DNA of 64,000 bases from Eledone cirrhosa (taxonomy: Eukaryota), in the NCBI GenBank assembly GCA_964016885.1, contig OZ024743.1, forward strand, positions 372,806,001-372,870,000, read 5' to 3'. The first letter of the stretch is position 1, and each line of letters starts with the position of its first letter. Shown piece after piece: positions 37,433 to 51,279 of this stretch. Position numbers and translations under genes: made by a program. The notes under the pieces are model-generated. The model saw only the letters and a program-made list of their open reading frames with translations, made no database searches and was not told the origin of the DNA.

Positions 37433-37737
37433 AGAGTTTATAAATTATATCAAAATTTACATAATAATTTTGTCAAAGAACATTTTTTGTTCTAAACATA
37501 AACTTAATCATTTTTTAAACGTTTTCTATTTTATTAATTTTCTCCAATTTTTTGATTATTTTTAAAATTTATTGGAACATATTTAATTAGAAATCTGATA
37601 AGAAAACAGTTAATTATTTTTGTGTGAATATTGTTATATGGAGGGAGAGGGAAGAGCGTGGCAAAAATAATTGAGTAAAGTTTGATTGATGAGTGTGTTA
37701 AGAGTGCCTGAGTGGAGGTGGCATAAGGCTAGCAAGT

Positions 37738-38780
37738 TCTGAGAAACAGAAACCATTGTAGTAATGGTAAAAGAAGCAGGGGAGAGGAAACAGCCCCTTT
37801 GTAGGCCAGAAGCTGGAGAATGTTAAGAGCAGAGAACATTGTAGTAGAGGTAAAATAGAAAGAGGGAGGAGAAGGCACACAGTGAGTCTGAGGAGCGGAC
37901 ACCATTGTAGTAGAGGTAGAATAGACAGGGAGGTGATGGCACACCTGTGAGCCAGAGGTTGGGGATTGTCTGAGGAGCAGACACCATTGTAGTAGAGGTA
38001 GAATAGACAGGGAGGTGATGACACACCTGTGAGCCAGAGGTTGGGGATTGTCTGAGGAGCAGACACCATTGTAGTAGGGGTAGAATAGACAGGGAGGTGA
38101 TGACACACCTGTGAGCCAGAGGTTGGGGATTGTCTGAGGAGCAGACACCATTGTAGTAGGGGTAGAATAGACAGGGAGGTGATGGCACACCTGTGAGCCA
38201 GAGGTTGGGGATTGTCTGAGGAGCAGACACCATTGTAGTAGGGGTAGAATAGACAGGGAGGTGATGGCACACCTGTGAGCCAGAGGTTGGGGATTGTCTG
38301 AGGAGCAGACACCATTGTAGTAGGGGTAGAATAGACAGGGAGGTGATGGCACACCTGTGAGCCAGAGGTTGGGGAATGTCTGAGGAGCAGACACCATTGT
38401 AGTAGGGGTAGAATAGACAGGGAGGTGATGGCACACCTGTGAGCCAGAGGTTGGGGATTGTCTGAGGAGCAGACACCATTGTAGTAGGGGTAGAATAGAC
38501 AGGGAGGTGATGGCACACCTGTGAGCCAGAGGTTGGGGATTGTCTGAGGAGCAGACACCATTGTAGTAGGGGTAGAATAGACAGGGAGGTGATGGCACAC
38601 CTGTGAGCCAGAGGTTGGGGATTGTCTGAGGAGCAGACACCATTGTAGTATGGGTAGAATAGACAGGGAGGTGATGGCACACCTGTGAGCCAGAGGTTGG
38701 GGAATGTCTGAGGAGCAGACACCATTGTAGTAGGGGTAGAATAGACAGAAGGAAGAGACAGCACATCTGTGAGCCAGAAA
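37738..38780. repeat. 82-bp minisatellite (~11 clean + 2 degenerate copies)
   Basis: GAGCAGACACCATTGTAGTAGGGGTAGAATAGACAGGGAGGTGATGGCACACCTGTGAGCCAGAGGTTGGGGATTGTCTGAG, period 82. Confidence 0.95.
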
Positions 38781-39012
38781 CTGAAGAGTGTTGATAAATG
38801 GAACAAGAAGTAAAAATGGTTGATTAATTATATGTGAATGACATGCACATGAATGTTGTTTGACATTAAACGGTTGTTTTAAAATCTAAACTTTCATTTT
38901 AACTTTTCAAACTCCAATTTTTATATTTGTGAGAGAATCTCTCTCTCTCTTTCTCTCTCTCTCACTCTCTCCTACACACACTAATTCTTCCCTCTCTACT
39001 GTTGTGCTGCAG

Positions 39013-39177
39013 GAATTGCGGAAGTTTTCCCAGCAGAAGTCCCAGTTAGATTTGATGGTGAGCCAAATCACCAAACTTGAAAATGACCTTGCATATCAAA
39101 CACAGAGAGCTGATAAAAACGAAGTGGACTTCAGAATGGCTAAAAATAAATTAACAAATCTCCAAAAAGAAAAAGAG
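39013..39177 (+). CDS. hook: Hook exon L (ELRKFSQQKSQLDLMVSQITKLENDLAYQTQRADKNEVDFRMAKNKLTNLQKEKE)
   Basis: ctgcAG acceptor, GAG|GTATTT donor. Matches ELRKANAARSQLETYKRQ...KADKLDFEYKRLKEKVDSLQKEKD. Lies within ORF 38929..39216. Confidence 0.93.
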
Positions 39178-39424
39178 GTATTTTCCCCATTTCTTTTTTT
39201 TTTGTTTTCCACCTAGATATAAAGATTGATTCTGTCGCAACATTTTATGTCCATTCTTTTCCTTTTTCCGACTGGCATAATTTGGCCAGGTCATTACAGA
39301 CCAAGCCAACATTTAATCAGAGCTAATGTACTCTTATGCAGGAAAAGACCTGTCCAACTCGTACCAGCATAAATAAAACAGACATAAAATGATTTAATGC
39401 ATTTTATCATCTCTTATTTTACAG

Positions 39425-39582
39425 AAATTGGAGAATGAACGTGATGCTATGAAAGAAGTTATCGAAGAAGATCAAGAGAGATGTTGTACTTTGCAGACAC
39501 TAACCAGTTTGGAACATCAGGAAAAGTTTGTGGGTTCTCTGTTCACAGAGACTGAAATGCTCTCTATTCCTCTAAATATTAA
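39425..39582 (+). CDS. hook: Hook exon M (KLENERDAMKEVIEEDQERCC...TEMLSIPLNIK)
   Basis: ttttacAG acceptor, AA|GTATGG donor. Matches RLRTERDSLKETIEELRC...AEIVTPEIR. Confidence 0.9.
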
Positions 39583-41254
39583 GTATGGCTTTCTACATTA
39601 CATTTCATAAATTTTTATTTATTTATTAAACAGTTATTTCTCTTTAAATAACTATTTCTGATTAAACAGTATAAACAGTTACTTTCCTTGAAAATAGTTA
39701 TTTCTGTTTAAATGGTTGCCTTCCTTGAAAACAGTTATTTTTGTTTAAATAGTTATTTCTATTTAAACAGTTGCTTCCTTGAAAACGGTTATTTCTATTA
39801 GAACATTTATCTTTTTTTAAACAGTTATTTCTATAAAATAATTTCAGTTACTACCATAACTAAAATTCATGTTGTAGATTTTTCTTTAACTTCCCAACTT
39901 TCTATTGCTGCGCAGGACGTACATTAGGCAAGTTTTGTTCCACTTTCCAGCTAACCTCCCGACTAGTTTCCATAGATTAACCCTATAGTTAGATATTCCT
40001 GCTGCATATGTTTAACTCTTTCAAAACATATATTTTATGAAAGACCTTGCCTATGATTCACAAATAATTTTGAAAATAGAATATCTCAAGTAAACATATT
40101 TCTAATGAAAGACAGTGCTTATAATTTTCAAATAATTTTGAAAATAATAAAAAATTTAAAGGAATTTAATAATATAACTAACTTTCTCATTGTTAAGCTA
40201 ATGTGTGGGGCTTAACTTAAGAGTTCTTACATAAAATTATGATGGAAGGCTTTTAGATAAATATAAACAATTTAAAATACACAGCTTATTATCATAGAAT
40301 GAGAAGCAGTTGCAAGAGCCTGCATCTCAATTACATATGTTCCAGCACTCTACTAAGTACTGAAAGGGGCTGGGGGGTGCATCTCGCATATATTTCCTCA
40401 CTCTAGCGAGTGTATTTTATCATGGCACCAGCACTAGGAAGATTGTCATATCTTTGACATTGCTTTAGTCCTCCAAACTGTTTGTTTCACAGGTTTCCTA
40501 TGGCTGGATGCCCTTCCTATCACCAACCACTATGAAAGCCCATTGTGTGTGTTTGTGTACATTTTCAAATACAAAAGTAATGTCTGGCTCGTATAATTGA
40601 ATTGCTGCAATCTTAAAACTATAAAAAGTTAAAAGAATATTTTGTATTTGGGGAGGGTTATGTTGTCTTAATATTGCCAAAAATAGTAAAACACACTCAC
40701 TGTTTGATTTGGTTTTCACTTCAGTTTCAATATAGTTTTTTATATTTCTATAAATAATTTATCTGGTAATCAATGTTTATCATTGACTGACCAACAGTTA
40801 AAAATATAAATATAATTTCTCAAAGTCATGGAACATATTTATCTTTATGTGACACCTTGAGCAGGTATTTTTACTATAGCCTGAGGGAATTTGATAGGTG
40901 GAAACTGTACAAAGCCTGTTGTGCATATGTGTGTGTGTGTGTATGTGTATTAAAAAAGCGATCAAAGTTTCAGTTCGATATATTTTATTTGTAATCACAT
41001 ATAACAAGTGTTTCACAAATGACCGGCCCAGAGCCTTAATTGGTTATAATAGACTCGACTCCAGGATCGATTACCTCATCAGATGTTATGGAAATTAGAA
41101 TCAGAATATATATTTATGTATGCACACACACATATTACTGATCTCTCTCTTCTGGTTTTATATGTATAGATAGATAGATAGATAGATAGATATCTGAAAT
41201 CCAAGCCTTCCTCACTCTTGTTAGAGGAACACCTCCCCGGGTGATTTTCAACGC

Positions 41255-41830
41255 TTCCTATTTCTGGCCATGGGCTGAAGTTTCAGGTCAAATCGTCAGG
41301 CCATCTTGCCTTTAGCTGTCTTCTGGTTCTTCTCCACTGCTTTGGTGTCCACTCTGTCACTCTAATATTCCACCTGTTGTCTCTGAGATGAGAGACGTGG
41401 CCAGCCCATTTTTGGCTGCCCTCTGCTTTTTCTCCACTGCCTTAGTGTCCTCCCTGTCACGCTAATAATCCACCTGTTGTCTCTGGGACAAGAGATGTGG
41501 CTAGCCCATCTATGTTTTCTCTTCTTGATGGTCTTGATTAGGTCCTTCACTCCAGTCTGCTGTCAAATCCAGGTGTTGCTCTTCCTGCCATGTAAGGTGA
41601 TACCGAGCATGATTTGCTCCATTTCACATTAGGCCATTGCAAGTGTCACTGCAGTGGTGGTGTTGAGTGCCCACATCTCACTTCTATAAGTCATTACTGG
41701 CAGAACATATTTGTTAAACAGCTTTCTGTTGGTTTTGATTGTTGACTTGGGACTTCTAATGATGTCATAAACTCTTCTAAAAGCCACCCAGCCAAGCGCA
41801 ATCCTTCTTTTGACCTCTGGAAGTAGGGCA
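41255..41830 (-). mobile_element. RTE-clade LINE fragment (family 4)
   Basis: Minus ORFs PEVKRRIALGWVAF...VLPVMTYRSEMW and IKKRKHRWASHI...W..R.RGQP. Confidence 0.8.
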
Positions 41831-43469
41831 CCATATACACATAACATACATATAAATATATCAGCATCATCACTGTTTGTCTATTTTCCATGCTTGCATG
41901 AGTTAGACCAGTTATCATGTACTGAGGCTAGACTTGTCAGGAGACCATGTCTTCCTTGTATGCTCCATTTTTTACTTGGTTTCTACAGCTGGATGCCCTT
42001 TCTAATACCAACCACTTTATAACATGTACTTGGTGCTTTTTATCATGAATCTGGCACTACTACCTTATAGAGTGGACTGGGTTCTTTCTGTCATGGCACC
42101 AGCACTACTACATTACAGGGTGGACTATGTGCTTTCTGTTATTCACCAGCACTGCCACATTACAGAATGGACTGGGTGTTTTCTGTCAAGACACTGGCAC
42201 CTTACAGGGGGCATTGGATGTTTTTTAATATAACACTAGCACTATTGCCTTACAGGGTGCTTTTTGTTGTAGAGCCAGCACTATTGCCTTACAGAAATAT
42301 ATAACATCATCATCATTTAACGTCCATTTTCCTGTTAGCAAGAGTTGGACAGGTTTTCACAAACCAAGTCAGTACTCAAGCATGGCTGCTAACCTCTCAT
42401 ATTGGCTGGGTGCTTGCATCTTACCTACATACATACCTGTGCTCTACCGAGTTCATTTTATTGTGACACTAGTACTAGTGTCTTCTCAACCCTTTGTTTG
42501 GCTGGTTTTCTATGGCTGGATGCCCTTCCTATCACCAACCACTTTACTGAGTGTACGGGGTACATTTATCATATAGGTCACGCCAACCCTAGGGAGGTTG
42601 TCAAATCTTTGACACAGTTGACAAATCCTTCCAACCCTTTGTTGGCATGCTTTCTATGGCTAAATGCCCTTTCTATCACCAATCACTTTACAGAGTACTG
42701 GGTGCAGTTATCATGTAGATCACCATATATGATCATCATCACCAACTATCTATTTTCCATGCTTGCATGGGTTAGATGAGTTATCATTATTATGAGACAA
42801 GTCAGGTCAGGTGGAACTGTTTCTGGCTTGGTTTCTATGGCTCGATGCCCTTCCTAATGCCAACCACATTACAGCAGGCTCAATTGTTCCCTCTTCATAA
42901 ATTCATCAGCTGATCCCTGTAGATTCTTTATCATCTTCAACCATTTTTCACTGACAAAAATAATGAAAATCTATGATATAACACTTCAAACACCAACCCA
43001 TCCATAACCACCCCCTATTTAAAGTATTCAAATTTAAATTCAAACCTTGGACTGAAATCTCATTAGTACATGAAAGATAATATTAGATATCAGTTATTTG
43101 TCTTTTATTAACAAATTGAAAGTTGGGGCCATTTTTTTAGCAGAATCGTTAGAGCATTGGTCAAATGTTTAGCAGTATTTGTCCTGCTCTGTGGTCTGGG
43201 TTCAGGTCCCTTGAACTCAACTTTGCCTTTCATCCTTCTGGGGTCGATATAATCAATTTGAAATTATTATGAAGCTGAAAGTTAAATGTTTTATTAAAAC
43301 TCTCATAATTCTTGATTACCGTGCTAATTCAAACAGAAAAGTAGTATATTCTCATAAGAAATAGGATGAAAAAATGATTAAGAAGTAATAGGGTTGTATC
43401 TAAATTCTTTAAAATTCATTTTATAGAAAATAAAAATAATGTTAGGTGGTGAATTGGCAAATTCATTCC

Positions 43470-43721
43470 AGCTCTCTTCTTCGCCTACTTATTCCTGAGA
43501 AGGTCATGGTGGCAGTCCTCATAGCACTCTTTCCAGGAGGTCCTGGCAGAAGCAACCATCTCCAACTGATCCAGCTGGATCCCCAAGTGAGAGCAGCCAA
43601 GATCATGGATGTTATCCAACCCTCTTGCTTGGAGTCTACCCCTAGGTCTCCTGCCAATTGGTTTTGCCTGTAAAATCTGACCAGCGATTCTTTCCTGGGA
43701 CATTTTAACCACATGCCCATA
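43470..43721 (-). mobile_element. RTE LINE family 3 3' fragment
   Basis: Minus ORF ILQAKPIGRRPRGRLQARGLDNI. Confidence 0.75.
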
Positions 43722-46700
43722 TTAACACTAGATACATTTTTTTTTTTTTTTTCAGAATAAAAATGTATCTAGTGTTAGTCAATAATTACTGTAATTTAGT
43801 TTCAGGTTTAGTTAGTTATGCTGATAATAGAAGCAAGCTATAAGCTATAGTTATACATGATGTAATGTATTTGTCATTATTTATAGTTATTTAATTTCAA
43901 GTTAATTTTAGAGACATTAATGTTGAGTTGTAGATTCATAGATACCAAAATAACAACAAACATTTACTGTTGGGTATGACTCCATCCATGTAACAGTCGT
44001 ATATATTATATCTTGGTTGGTTGATACTGGAGTTCCACTGAAACAAAAGGCTACTTCATCCAGTTAATTGTGTGTATGAAGCTGCAATAGAGGACGACCA
44101 AGAAAGACCTAGGCAGAGGTTGTGAGAGCTGACCTCAAATCGCCGAGACTGGCAGAAGAGAGATGCCATGCTGAGAAGGACTTGTCCAACCCATGCAAGC
44201 ATGGAAAAATGGACGCAATAACGATGATGATGAGTGTATATGTCTGTGTGTGGTTATGAATACATGCACATGTCTGTGTGTATGTGTGGGTGCATTATGG
44301 TTGAATGGTTACGAAGTTCACTTCACTATCATTAGGTCCAGGGTTCAACTCCACAGTATAGCCTCTTGAGTAAATATCATTTGTCATAGCTTCTAGTCAA
44401 CCAATGCCTTATGAGTGAGATTGGGTAGACATAAACTGTGTTAAGCTGAATCTTCCTGAGAATTATGTTAAAGGTGTCTGATGGACTGTACCTGTAATTC
44501 AAAGGGTCGGCCTTGTCATACACTGTGCTGAGCTGAATCTCCCTGAGAATTATGTTATGGGTGTTGGATGAACTGAACTTGTAATCCAAAGGGTCAACCT
44601 TGTCATACACTGGTATACTGAATCATCATCATTTCATTTTACGTCCGCTTTTTCCCTGCTTGCAAGGGTGGGACAATCTCCCTGAGAATTATGTTATGGG
44701 TATACATATCTGTTGAATGCTCGGCCACCTACTCATTCATTTCAGGATCAGACTTTTCCATTGATTGAACAACTAGGACACTCATTGATGAAACTCATGG
44801 ATGTTTATTGACCAACATGTGTGAGTTTCTCTGTGTGTGTGAATATTTATCATCATCAACATTTACATCCATTAAATTTGTTTTATTTTGTCTTTTTTTT
44901 TTTGTAAAATGAAAGTATTTGATAATGTAGTTGCTTATCTTGTTACTAGTAACTTTCCATTAGTTTTAACCTACTTTCACATGATCTCTTCTTCCCACCT
45001 ATTGTAACAGAGGAGGAAGGGTCATGCCCGTGACATCTTCCAGAGTCTACGTGACTGAGACTGATAGAAGGGTATTACTTTCAAACAAGAGACTAAGGCT
45101 CAGATTCTTCTCAAATATTGTTTGTGGTTTGTAACAGAGGAGGAAAGGTCATACCCATGATCCTTTCCATTGCCTACATGACTTGTGGAAGGATGTTTCT
45201 TTCATACCAGAGTAAGTATGGATCTGTTACTCCTGATGGAGTCATAGGGGCACTGTAATTACATACAGCATGTCTTGGGTGTTTTAAACTTGGTGGAGCC
45301 CATCTCCCCTTCAGATCTGAACACGGATAATTTGTTCCAGAGGAGAGAGAGTGATAGAGAGGAAATAAGAAAGAAATAATGGCGGAAGAATCAACCTCTG
45401 TATTTAACTGGTACTATATTATTAACCTCAAAAAGTAGAAAGGCCATGTTGCCTTTTGTAAGCCAGAAAGAAAACTGCAAAGCATTCTATGTGAAGTTCT
45501 AAAACCTTTGCCAATTTGCCACCTCACAGACCAGAGACTAGGGTTCAAATTCTCCTCCACTGTAGTTTGTAACAGAAGAATACAGATCATGTCCTTAATA
45601 CTTTCCAGAGCTTTTGTGACAAGTGAAACGATGTTACTCTCAGACAAGAGACTAGGGCTCAAATTCTTGCAACAGGTAAAACCCTTGCTAAAGGCACCTT
45701 GAGACTAGGTTATGGTGTTAAACTGGATGATGGACTAAATCAAACACTCAAGAACAGAAATGGAGATCCAGCTAATGGATTCCACACAATTTCTGGTTCA
45801 TCATCATTGTTTAATGTATATTTTCACTCATAGGGCTTTGGTTAACCAGAGGCTATGATAGAAGACACTCGTGTAAGGCACTGTGTTGTGAGATTGAATC
45901 CCAGTCCACAGATGTGAAGTGAACTCTTAACCTTACACCCTAACACTTACAAACATTAAGGAAGAATACAGGGATTTTTAGTGGAGGTCCTTGGTCTACT
46001 ATTTCAATTGGTACTTCATTGCTTTGGGTTCACCTCATAATTATTCACATCTGGGGTCATCTCTAGCCTTTGGGTATTCATCTTCATTTTCAACTGTCCT
46101 GGTACTTTATGAATTTATAAGAAACAAGATGTAATCTCTGGTTCATCTGAGAATTCAGTAACTTCACTTGAGTACTCACCCAGTTAATAAAGACCCTCCA
46201 ACCCTTGCTAGTAGGGAAAACTGACATTAAATGATGATGATGATTAACAGCTTTTATGTGTAGCTAGAGCTGGCCTATGTTGGCCAATGAATTTGCAGTC
46301 ATTAGAGCATAGCACAAAATTCCTTGCAATATTTTTTCTAGTTCTTATTGGAAAGTACTGGCGCCAATTTAATCGACTTTCTCCTTCCCTTCAAATTACT
46401 TGTTTTGTGCAATAAGTAGAAACAAGTATTTTTTCCAGTTCTCTGCATTCTGAGTTCAAAATCCTGCTGAGGTCAACTTTCAACCTTTTGGAGGTTTGAT
46501 AAAATAAAATAGCAGTGAAGGGCATTGGATTGTCAAGATTGTTGGAGTATGTGCTGCCTTACAATATCTGTTCTGTTGTTCTAGCTCTTTGTGATCAGAG
46601 TGACACTATTTGAGTGATAGATTTAATCAGTCACCCAATTTAGCACCACCACCTGGCCCTTAGGTGCCTTTAGCAGAATCTACTCTATTGCCAGCATTCA

Positions 46701-46874
46701 GGCCAGTTGCTTGTTTGAGGGTAGCTGTCTCCCTCCCTCAGAGGCCCTGATTAAACAGTAAAAAGAAATATTTTGTATATTCTCTGTAAACATCAATGTT
46801 TACTTTTCTCATTAGACAGGTGATAAATTGATGAACTAAAGTCATTCATTATTTGATTTATTGATTTTAATTTT

Positions 46875-47105
46875 AGTGGGCCTTGCTGAGCACCCACCTG
46901 CACATTGAATTCGTTGCTAAACTCTTCACCTACACATACTTTGCTGAGCATACCTATGTACATAGCTTGCACTACTCTCATAAGCTACTTATCTATACCT
47001 AGTTTCCTTTAGGACTACCAGACAACAGATTGTGGTACTCTGTTGAAAGCCTTCTCCAGAACAATAAACATTAGATAATAGTGGCTTACATTTAGCTGCA
47101 AATTT
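46875..47105 (-). mobile_element. RTE LINE RT fragment
   Basis: Minus-strand EKAFNRVP...VVQAMY...FSNEFNVQVGAQQG. Confidence 0.75.
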
Positions 47106-47164
47106 TTTTCTCAAACTCTTTTCAAAATAAGGGGGCATCTTTTACACCAGTGGAAAAAAAGCCC

Positions 47165-50100
47165 CTGAAACTGAGTGGTATGTTAGTGAGGAGGTGAGTG
47201 TCAGTGAAACTAAGTGGTATGTTAGTGAAGAGGTGAGTGTCAGTGAAACTAAGTGGTATGTTAGGGAGGAGGTGAGTGTCAGTGAAACTAAGTGGTATGT
47301 TAGTGAAGAGGTGAGTGTCAGTGAAACTAAGTGGTATGTTAGGGAGGAGGTGAGTGTCAGTGAAACTAAGTGGTATGTTAGTGAAGAGGTGAGTGTCAGT
47401 GAAACTAAGTGGTATGTTAGGGAGGAGGTGAGTGTCAGTGAAACTAAGTGGTATGTTAGTGAGGAGGTGAGTGTCAGTGAAATTGAGTGGTATGTTAGGG
47501 AGGAGGTGAGTGTCAGTGAAACTAAGTGGTATGTTAGGGAGGAGGTGAGTGTCAGTGAAACTAAGTGGTATGTTAGGGAGGAGGTGAGTGTCAGTGAAAC
47601 TAAGTGGTATGTTAGGGAGGAGGTGAGTGTCAGTGAAACTAAGTGGTATGTTAGGGAGGAGGTGAGTGTCAGTGAAACTAAGTGGTATGTTAGTGAAGAG
47701 GTGAGTGTCAGTGAAACTAAGTGGTATGTTAGGGAGGAGGTGAGTGTCAGTGAAACTAAGTGGTATGTTAGGGAGGAGGTGAGTGTCAGTGAAACTAAGT
47801 GGTATGTTAGGGAGGAGGTGAGTGTCAGTGAAATTGAGTGGTATGTGAGTGAGGAGATGAGTGTCAGTGAAACTAAGTGGTATGTTAGGGAGGAGGTGAG
47901 TGTCAGTGAAACTAAGTGGTATGTTAGGGAGGAGATGAGTGTCAGTGAAATTGAGTGGTATCTGAGTGAGGAGATGAGTGTCAGTGAAACTAAGTGGTAT
48001 GTTAGGGAGGAGGTGAGTGTCAGTGAAACTAAGTGGTATGTTAGGGAGGAGGTGAGTGTCAGTGAAACTAAGTGGTATGTTAGGGAGGAGGTGAGTGTCA
48101 GTGAAATTGAGTGGTATGTGAGTGAGGAGATGAGTGTCAGTGAAACTAAGTGGTATGTTAGGGAGGAGGTGAGTGTCAGTGAAACTAAGTGGTATGTTAG
48201 GGAGGAGATGAGTGTCAGTGAAATTGAGTGGTATCTGAGTGAGGAGATGAGTGTCAGTGAAACTAAGTGGTATGTTAGGGAGGAGGTGAGTGTCAGTGAA
48301 ACTAAGTGGTATGTTAGGGAGGAGGTGAGTGTCAGTGAAATTGAGTGGTATGTGAGTGAGGAGATGAGTGTCAGTGAAACTAAGTGGTATGTTAGGGAGG
48401 AGGTGAGTGTCAGTGAAACTAAGTGGTATGTTAGGGAGGAGGTGAGTGTCAGTGAAATTGAGTGGTATGTGAGTGAGGAGATGAGTGTCAGTGAAACTAA
48501 GTGGTATGTTAGGGAGGAGGTGAGTGTCAGTGAAACTAAGTGGTATGTTAGGGAGGAGATGAGTGTCAGTGAAATTGAGTGGTATCTGAGTGAGGAGATG
48601 AGTGTCAGTGAAACTAAGTGGTATGTTAGGGAGGAGGTGAGTGTCAGTGAAACTAAGTGGTATGTTAGGGAGGAGATGAGTGTCAGTGAAATTGAGTGGT
48701 ATGTGAGTGAGGAGATGAGTGTCAGTGAAACTAAGTGGTATGTTAGGGAGGAGGTGAGTGTCAGTGAAATTGAGTGGTATGTGAGTGAGGAGATGAGTGT
48801 CAGTGAAACTAAGTGGTATGTTAGGGAGGAGGTGAGTGTCAGTGAAACTAAGTGGTATGTTAGTGAAGAGGTGAGTGTCAGTGAAATTGAGTGGTATGTG
48901 AGTGAGGAGATGAGTGTCAGTGAAACTAAGTGGTATGTTAGGGAGGAGGTGAGTGTCAGTGAAACTAAGTGGTATGTTAGGGAGGAGGTGAGTGTCAGTG
49001 AAATTGAGTGGTATGTTAGGGAGGAGGTGAGTGTCAGTGAAACTAAGTGGTATGTTAGGGAGGAGATGAGTGTCAGTGAAATTGAGTGGTATGTGAGTGA
49101 GGAGATGAGTGTCAGTGAAACTAAGTGGTATGTTAGGGAGGAGGTGAGTGTCAGTGAAACTAAGTGGTATGTTAGTGAGGAGGTGAGTGTCAGTGAAATT
49201 GAGTGGTATGTGAGTGAGGAGGTGAGTGTCAGTGAAATTGAGTGGTATGTTAGGGAGGAAGTGAGTGTCAGTGAAACTAAGTGGTATGTTAGGGAGGAAG
49301 TGAGTGTCAGTGAAATTGAGTGGTATGTTAGGGAGGAGGTGAGTGTCAGTGAAACTAAGTGGTATGTTAGGGAGGAGGTGAGTGTCAGTGAAACTAAGTG
49401 GTATGTTAGGGAGGAGGTGAGTGTCAGTGAAATTGAGTGGTATGTGAGTGAGGAGGTGAGTGTCAGTGAAACTAAGTGGTATGTTAGGGAGGAGGTGAGT
49501 GTCAGTGAAACTAAGTGGTATGTGAGTGAGGAGGTGAGTGTCAGTGAAACTAAGTGGTATGTGAGTGAGGAGGTGAGTGTCAGTGAAACTAAGTGGTATG
49601 TTAGTGAGGAGATGAGTGTCAGTGAAACTAAGTGGTATGTTAGGGAGGAGGTGAGTGTCAGTGAAACTAAGTGGTATGTTAGGGAGGAGGTGAGTGTCAG
49701 TGAAACTAAGTGGTATGTTAGGGAGGAGGTGAGTGTCAGTGAAATTGAGTGGTATGTGAGTGAGGAGGTGAGTGTCAGTGAAATTGAGTGGTATGTGAGT
49801 GAGGAGATGAGTGTCAGTGAAACTAAGTGGTATGTTAGGGAGGAGGTGAGTGTCAGTGAAACTAAGTGGTATGTTAGGGAGGAGGTGAGTGTCAGTGAAA
49901 TTGAGTGGTATGTTAGGGAGGAGATGAGTGTCAGTGAAACTAAGTGGTATGTTAGGGAGGAGGTGAGTGTCAGTGAAACTAAGTGGTATGTTAGGGAGGA
50001 GGTGAGTGTCAGTGAAATTGAGTGGTATGTGAGTGAGGAGATGAGTGTCAGTGAAACTAAGTGGTATGTTAGGGAGGAGGTGAGTGTCAGTGAAATTGAG

Positions 50101-50400
50101 TGGTATGTTAGGGAGGAGGTGAGTGTCAGTGAAATTGAGTGGTATGTTAGGGAGGAGGTGAGTGTCAGTGAAACTAAGTGGTATGTTAGGGAGGAGGTGA
50201 GTGTCAGTGAAACTAAGTGGTATGTTAGTGAGGAGATGAGTGTCAGTGAAACTAAGTGGTATGTTAGGGAGGAGGTGAGTGTCAGTGAAACTAAGTGGTA
50301 TGTTAGGGAGGAGGTGAGTGTCAGTGAAACTAAGTGGTATGTTAGGGAGGAGGTGAGTGTCAGTGAAATTGAGTGGTATGTTAGGGAGGAGATGAGTGGT
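47165..50400. repeat. 39-bp minisatellite (~83 copies, 3.2 kb)
   Basis: AGTGAAACTAAGTGGTATGTTAGGGAGGAGGTGAGTGTC tandem; produces long ORFs on both strands. Confidence 0.97.
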
Positions 50401-50412
50401 ATGAGAGTGAGG

Positions 50413-50790
50413 AGGAGAATGAAGGGGAAAGGTATATGCTGCATATGTGATAAATATCTTGATTTATGGTGATGAACATGGAGCAACAGAGAAAGCTGGA
50501 AAGAATGAAAATGAGAATGGTTTGGTGGATGAGTGGAGTATTTGCTGAGAAAGAGGGTAAGACAAACCATGAATTGCAGAGGAGGGTAGGAATAGAGCCA
50601 GTGAAGAATGTTGTAAAGATAAATGGAATGAGATGGTTGGGTCATGTGTTGGATGAAAGTGACTGGGTGACAAGAATAATGGAAATGTGTGTGGAAAGTA
50701 GAAGAGGAAGGGAAAGACCAAGAAAGACGATGACTGAAGATGGTAGGGAAAGAAATGAAAGCCAGGGAGATGGTGAAAAGGAATGCAGAT
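50413..50790 (+). mobile_element. RTE LINE C-terminal fragment
   Basis: RMKGK/VYAAYVINILIYGDE then RKLERMKMRMVWWMSGV...MRWLGHVL...RGRERPRKT (frameshifted). Confidence 0.8.
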
Positions 50791-51279
50791 AGTAGGAAAA
50801 ATGAAGAAGCTTGTCTTAAAATGCTTATTGTTGTTTTATAACTTGAAAAATACAGTAAATAAGATAAAATAGTCAGTTTGGAAGCCTCTACCATGCAGAT
50901 GAGTAAATCCCCTGGTAACGAAATCCAGTGGCTATCGGAGAAGAAAAACGAAACAAACGTAAAAGGTGTAAGGAAAAAAAGAATGCCAGAGCTTGTGTAC
51001 CTTAAAAGATTTATTAGTAAATAAGATATTGTTTGTCAACTATGTTTGTGTATGTCTGTAAGTGCAGTAAATAAACATATACATATAAACCATGTCCAAA
51101 CACAAAGGAACCAAACTGCCACTGTCACTACCTCAGTCTTTCCTGCTCTCCTCATCTCTCACTATTATGAGCTAATGAGAGATATTGTTTACTTTCTGGC
51201 AATTTTCACCTTTTCGATTGTGACTCGTATAATTATTGAATTATTTCACTTGTTTGACATTGTTATTGTTGTCTGACAG

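Noticed and set aside
37698-38806. Three overlapping 300-345 aa Cys/Pro-rich minus-strand ORFs
   Set aside because: The 82-bp unit is not a multiple of 3 and cycles through all frames; it is stop-free by chance on one strand.
47194-50472. 39-bp unit derived from the RTE GSETW motif
   Set aside because: The adjacent RTE fragment has its own YGDE(TW) motif at ~50465, and nucleotide similarity to the unit is not evident.
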